A DNA stretch of 59,823 bases from Minisyncoccota bacterium (lineage in GTDB: Bacteria > Patescibacteriota > Minisyncoccia > Phycocordibacterales > PALSA-1337), in assembly GCA_041665325.1 (NCBI GenBank), contig JBAYJB010000001.1, positions 1 to 59,823 of the forward strand, written 5' to 3'. The translations under genes and the position numbers were made by a program. Below, one piece after another: positions 56,706 through 59,823 of the stretch. Under the pieces are notes generated by a model, which was given only the letters and a program-made list of their open reading frames with translations, did no database searches and was not told where the DNA came from. Each line of letters begins with the position of its first letter. Within the stretch, counting starts at the first letter, position 1.

Positions 56706-56903
56706 ATGACAGGAAAAATCAAGACTCTTACGGACAAAGGATTTGGTTTCATTGCTCGCGAAGGCGAGACAAAGGACCTCTTCTTCCACTCCAACGATCT
56801 CTCCGGCGTTTCATTCAATGAATTGCAGGTAGGGGACACTGTGAATTTCGAGGTTGTCGACGGCCAGAAGGGCCCGAGCGCCAAGAATGTGACCCGCGTA
56901 TAA
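56706..56903 (+). CDS. Cold-shock protein (CspA family)
   Basis: 65 aa with KGFGFI (RNP1) and a DLFFH (RNP2-like) motif. Confidence 0.92.
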   Translation: MTGKIKTLTDKGFGFIAREGETKDLFFHSNDLSGVSFNELQVGDTVNFEVVDGQKGPSAKNVTRV

Positions 56904-56929
56904 CTTACGCCGGTTGACACAAGAAAAAG

Positions 56930-56959
56930 CACCCAAGCCGCAAGGCTCGGGTGTTTTTT
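56930..56959 (+). terminator. Rho-independent terminator after csp
   Basis: CACCCAAGCC-GCAA-GGCTCGGGTG followed by TTTTTT. Confidence 0.7.
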
Positions 56960-56982
56960 CTTTGGCAGGGAAGTGACCGTTA

Positions 56983-57435
56983 TTATTTTGCGTCTGTGGC
57001 GATGGGGGTGCCGTGGCGGTATTTGTGATAGACATGGAGCAAGGAATATCTGCCCGAGCCGAGGACATAGAGGCCGAGGAGTGCGATGAGCAGGACGAAT
57101 TCGTATTCATGCCCCCAGAAGAGCCCTGTGCTCTTGCCGGGAACCCCGAAGACCGCGACAGCCATGACGGTCATAAGTGCGATGGTGGAGGGCTTCATAA
57201 AGAGGCCTAGGATGAGGAGGGCGCCGCCGACGAGTTCTACCCATCCGACTAGATACGCCTGGAAGGGGGACAAGCCGAGTGAGCCGAAGAATTTGATCAC
57301 CGGGGCGATATCGGCGAGCTTGTCGTAGCCGTGGATGAGGAAGGTCAGGCCGATCATGACGCGCAGGATGAGGGCGCCGCCGGAAGACTGGTGCTGGTGA
57401 TAGTTGTGGACGATGACCTCTTTGAACTTTTTCAT
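56983..57435 (-). CDS. DoxX-family membrane protein
   Basis: ALILRVMIGLTFLIHGYDKL and VELVGGALLILGLF are typical of DoxX. Confidence 0.8.
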   Translation of the reverse strand: MKKFKEVIVHNYHQHQSSGGALILRVMIGLTFLIHGYDKLADIAPVIKFFGSLGLSPFQAYLVGWVELVGGALLILGLFMKPSTIALMTVMAVAVFGVPGKSTGLFWGHEYEFVLLIALLGLYVLGSGRYSLLHVYHKYRHGTPIATDAK

Positions 57436-57492
57436 TTAGATTTGATTTATTAAAATAATACTGACTGCCGCTGTATTATAACACTATTTCGG

Positions 57493-57565
57493 TGCGCGGT
57501 GCAGGATTCGAACCTGCGACCCTCCCCACGTCAAGGGGATGCTCTACCAACTGAGCTAACCGCGC
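57493..57565 (-). tRNA. tRNA-Val (GAC)
   Basis: Reverse complement: GCGCGGT TA GCTC AGTTGGTA GAGC A TCCCC TTGACGT GGGGA GGGTC GCAGG TTCGAAT CCTGC ACCGCGC A. Confidence 0.9.
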
Positions 57566-57644
57566 GAATGGCTGGCGAAAGTAAACTATAGCAGAAATAG
57601 GGGAAAAATCTATATGGATGAATCGTTTTGAGGAAGGGAGGCCT

Positions 57645-58160
57645 TCAATGCTCAAGAACTCTTTTAACAAAAGCTGTCTTGCCTTGAATGTAATCGTGGC
57701 GATTGTTTTTAAATTTCTTCATAAGCATGTTCTTCAAATCTGAATATTCTCTTGCCAAGGAGGGTTCAGATCGTAGCTTATCTCTAAACGCTATCTGGTC
57801 TTTCCAAAAGGGACTTCCTACTCGGTGCATGGCATGGATCTGGTGGGTCCTCTTGGTCTTATCGTTATTCCATTTTACGAAAAACAAACGGATGTCTTTG
57901 AATGGATCTTTCTCCCACCATTCATAATCGACGCCTTCCAGTCTTTTGACCATTTCTTTTTGGTCGATCTCATCCATGAATCCAATCATAATATCAATCA
58001 CTGGTTTAGCATCAATGCCAGGAATAGCAGTACTCCCGATATGTTCGATGGCTATTTGGTGATCGTTAAAAAGTTCTCTTAACTTTTCCGCCTCCTCTTC
58101 AAACATTTGAGTCCAATGTTGGTCGTAAGATACTATTTCTATTGGATCATCCTCTTTCAT
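57645..58160 (-). CDS. GrpB-family protein
   Basis: EIVSYDQHW...FEEEAEKLRELF...IEHIGSTAIPGIDAKPVIDIMIG is the GrpB/UPF0157 signature. Confidence 0.8.
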   Translation of the reverse strand: MKEDDPIEIVSYDQHWTQMFEEEAEKLRELFNDHQIAIEHIGSTAIPGIDAKPVIDIMIGFMDEIDQKEMVKRLEGVDYEWWEKDPFKDIRLFFVKWNNDKTKRTHQIHAMHRVGSPFWKDQIAFRDKLRSEPSLAREYSDLKNMLMKKFKNNRHDYIQGKTAFVKRVLEH

Positions 58161-58187
58161 TTTTTGTAATAAGCAAATTGGAACTAG

Positions 58188-58259
58188 TAGCCCTACGGGG
58201 AATCGAACCCCGATTAGCGGATTGAAAACCCGCTGTCCTAACCGTTAGACGATAGGGCC
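58188..58259 (-). tRNA. tRNA-Glu (UUC)
   Basis: Reverse complement: GGCCCTA TC GTCT AACGGTTA GGAC A GCGGG TTTTCAA TCCGC TAAT CGGGG TTCGATT CCCCG TAGGGCT A. Confidence 0.88.
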
Positions 58260-58353
58260 GCGAATAGGCGGTCAAACAACGATATCACTTTTTTGTAAAA
58301 TCGGCAAAAAATGGTAAGGTATTGCTTATCCGGCTACTGCTGTAGTCGGATAT

Positions 58354-58440
58354 GGAGAGGTGGCAGAGTGGTCTAATGCACCACTTTCGAAAAGTGGCGG
58401 AGGCGCAAGCTTCCCGGGAGTTCGAATCTCCCCCTCTCCG
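58354..58440 (+). tRNA. tRNA-Ser (CGA)
   Basis: GGAGAGG TG GCA GAGTGGTCTAA TGC A CCACT TTCGAAA AGTGG, a long variable arm, GGGAG TTCGAAT CTCCC CCTCTCC G. Confidence 0.9.
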
Positions 58441-58468
58441 CAAAGAACCGTGAGAATGACAGAATAGT

Positions 58469-59125
58469 TTATTTATTCGCAATTTGTGACCGAAAGCTCT
58501 TTCCAACCACCACCCCAATAACCGTGCCGATGATGGCGCCGGCCACGAACTCGGAGAGCCAGTGGATGCTGGTGGAGACGCCCAGACCGATATAGAAGGC
58601 GTATAGGAGTGCTGTGTACCGCAAGGCCTTATTCTTGGGATACAGCATGACGAGCGCTACGGACATGGCGAAGGCGATGGTGGTATGGGACGATGGCCAG
58701 CCCCAGAAGACATCATTCTTCATGAATCCGAATTGGAAGCCCTGGCTCACATCTACGAGCTCACCGAAGGGCGGCGGCACGCGGTTGGTCAGCAGTTTGT
58801 AGGTGGCCGAGATGAGTCCGCCGATCACGCCAGCTTGGCCGATGGCCCACCCGGACATGACGGCCCGGGTATTCCGGAATATCCAGCCAAAGGTGATGAT
58901 CAGGAGAGGGACGATGGCCGGCAATAATGCTCCCAAGACGATGGCGGGGAAGAGGATGGTGTCTAGCCAGGCGTGGTAGGTGGCGACGAAGTACCACCAG
59001 TCTAGACCAGATAGCACCAAGACGGCTGTGATGGCGATGGCGGCCAGATGGTAGAGGATGTTGCGTCCGCGGAAGGCCTCGATGATGTTCTGCGGCAAGG
59101 TCAGGAAGAACGCTTTCATGTGCAT
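58469..59125 (-). CDS. PAP2-family membrane phosphatase
   Basis: Polytopic, with WPSSHTT and SIHWLSEFVAGAIIG matching PAP2 motifs C2 and C3. Confidence 0.75.
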   Translation of the reverse strand: MHMKAFFLTLPQNIIEAFRGRNILYHLAAIAITAVLVLSGLDWWYFVATYHAWLDTILFPAIVLGALLPAIVPLLIITFGWIFRNTRAVMSGWAIGQAGVIGGLISATYKLLTNRVPPPFGELVDVSQGFQFGFMKNDVFWGWPSSHTTIAFAMSVALVMLYPKNKALRYTALLYAFYIGLGVSTSIHWLSEFVAGAIIGTVIGVVVGKSFRSQIANK

Positions 59126-59204
59126 ATAATATTAACATACCGAAGATTCTGTTATACTCCTTCCCGAGAAGATATCTGCCCGACCTGCCACCGCACTATA
59201 GAGT

Positions 59205-59732
59205 ATGAAAAATCGAAAGAGATATGCGCTCATTTTGAGCGTCGTTTGTTTGTGTATTCTTGGCTACTACGCTTATTTGACGGATTTTTGGTCAAATAAT
59301 GACGTACGCATAGAGGAAGGGATCGAGTATCTAGTCGCTTATGTCGTAGATGGCGATACATTCAAGGCCAAGATCGGACGCAAGACGATCACCGTGCGCA
59401 TGCTTGGGATCAATACGCCTGAAACTGTCGATCCTAGGAAGCCGGCCGAGTGCTACGGCCATGAAGCATCAGAAGAGACCAGATCGTTGCTCGTGGGCCA
59501 TACTGTGCGTTTGAAGGCCAATCCGAACAGGGAAAAGAAGGATAGATATGGCCGATATCTCTTGTATGTTTACCAAGGGGACTTATTCGTGAATAAATAT
59601 CTGGTACAAGATGGTTTCGCGCGTGAATATACCTACGGCAAGGCATACTCGTTCCAGGATGAGTTCAAAAAGGTAGAGGGGGAGGCGAGGGCTGAGAAAA
59701 AAGGGCTCTGGGCAGTGTGCCCGGTTATTTAG
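59205..59732 (+). CDS. Thermonuclease (SNase-like) family protein with an N-terminal anchor
   Basis: VVDGDTFKA..ITVRMLGINTPE, RYGRYLLYVY, AEKKGLW are staphylococcal nuclease fold motifs. Confidence 0.85.
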   Translation: MKNRKRYALILSVVCLCILGYYAYLTDFWSNNDVRIEEGIEYLVAYVVDGDTFKAKIGRKTITVRMLGINTPETVDPRKPAECYGHEASEETRSLLVGHTVRLKANPNREKKDRYGRYLLYVYQGDLFVNKYLVQDGFAREYTYGKAYSFQDEFKKVEGEARAEKKGLWAVCPVI

Positions 59733-59823
59733 CCTTCAAATAGAGGTAGATGTCCTCAAGCGCCTTGACGCCATCGCCGGCGGCGATGTTGTTCTGGTGG
59801 AAGAGGCCATCAGTGCAGTCGCC
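59725..59823 (-). CDS. 3' end of an unidentified minus-strand gene (truncated by the window edge)
   Basis: The reverse strand is open for 32 codons from the edge (GDCTDGLFHQNNIAAGDGVKALEDIYLYLKAK) to TAA at 59725-59727. Too short to identify. Confidence 0.3.
   Translation of the reverse strand, partial: GDCTDGLFHQNNIAAGDGVKALEDIYLYLKAK

Noticed and set aside
56915-56959. TTGACA after the csp stop as another small-RNA promoter
   Set aside because: No TAnnnT hexamer lies at 16-18 nt. The following hairpin is adequately explained as the csp terminator.

Overview
This 59.8 kb window looks like a small-genome, monoderm-type bacterium. A CPR/Patescibacteria-like origin is my inference from gene content, not something I could test. 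There are no rRNA genes, CRISPR arrays, transposases or integrases. Housekeeping blocks: a type IV pilus cluster (pilB, pilC, an LVIVD-like protein and three prepilin-type genes, 339-4840); a mannoside cluster (HAD/PMM-like, two GH130 genes, a PMI cupin, 5818-10072); rbfA-infB; rpsB-tsf; a PheRS alpha-like gene fused to an FDX-ACB domain; gyrB; PBP2; greA-lysS; a dcw block (mraZ-rsmH-ftsL-like-ftsI-murF); six tRNAs, none with an encoded CCA; cspA-like, DoxX, GrpB, PAP2 and thermonuclease genes. The dominant feature is a 22.5 kb locus (24170-46724). It holds 13 paralogous, membrane-anchored LivK/Peripla_BP_6-type substrate-binding protein genes interleaved with one dispersed set of livH, livM, livG and livF. 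The same locus contains two TrmB-like regulators, a DMT permease and three small minus-strand genes, two of them orphan PemK/MazF-fold toxins. Each small gene is met convergently by a short, structured plus-strand RNA candidate with its own near-consensus TTGACA-N16-18-TAnnnT promoter and a terminator hairpin. A 61 bp module of six hexamers phased at exactly 11 bp (TTCAA x3, ATGAA, TTCAA, ATGAA) occurs three times: upstream of pilB, of the 113-aa gene and of MazF-like gene 1. All three copies share the geometry TTGAAC-N10-TAnnnT-N6-ATG. Many genes have a -10-like hexamer 5-7 nt before the ATG, which suggests widespread leaderless mRNAs. Other oddities: a tandem-domain GH130; an unlisted 57-aa prepilin ORF; a frameshifted methyltransferase in a low-GC islet; tRNA-Glu 3'-end direct repeats bounding AT-rich islets; GC-rich palindromes embedded in frame in two unrelated genes.
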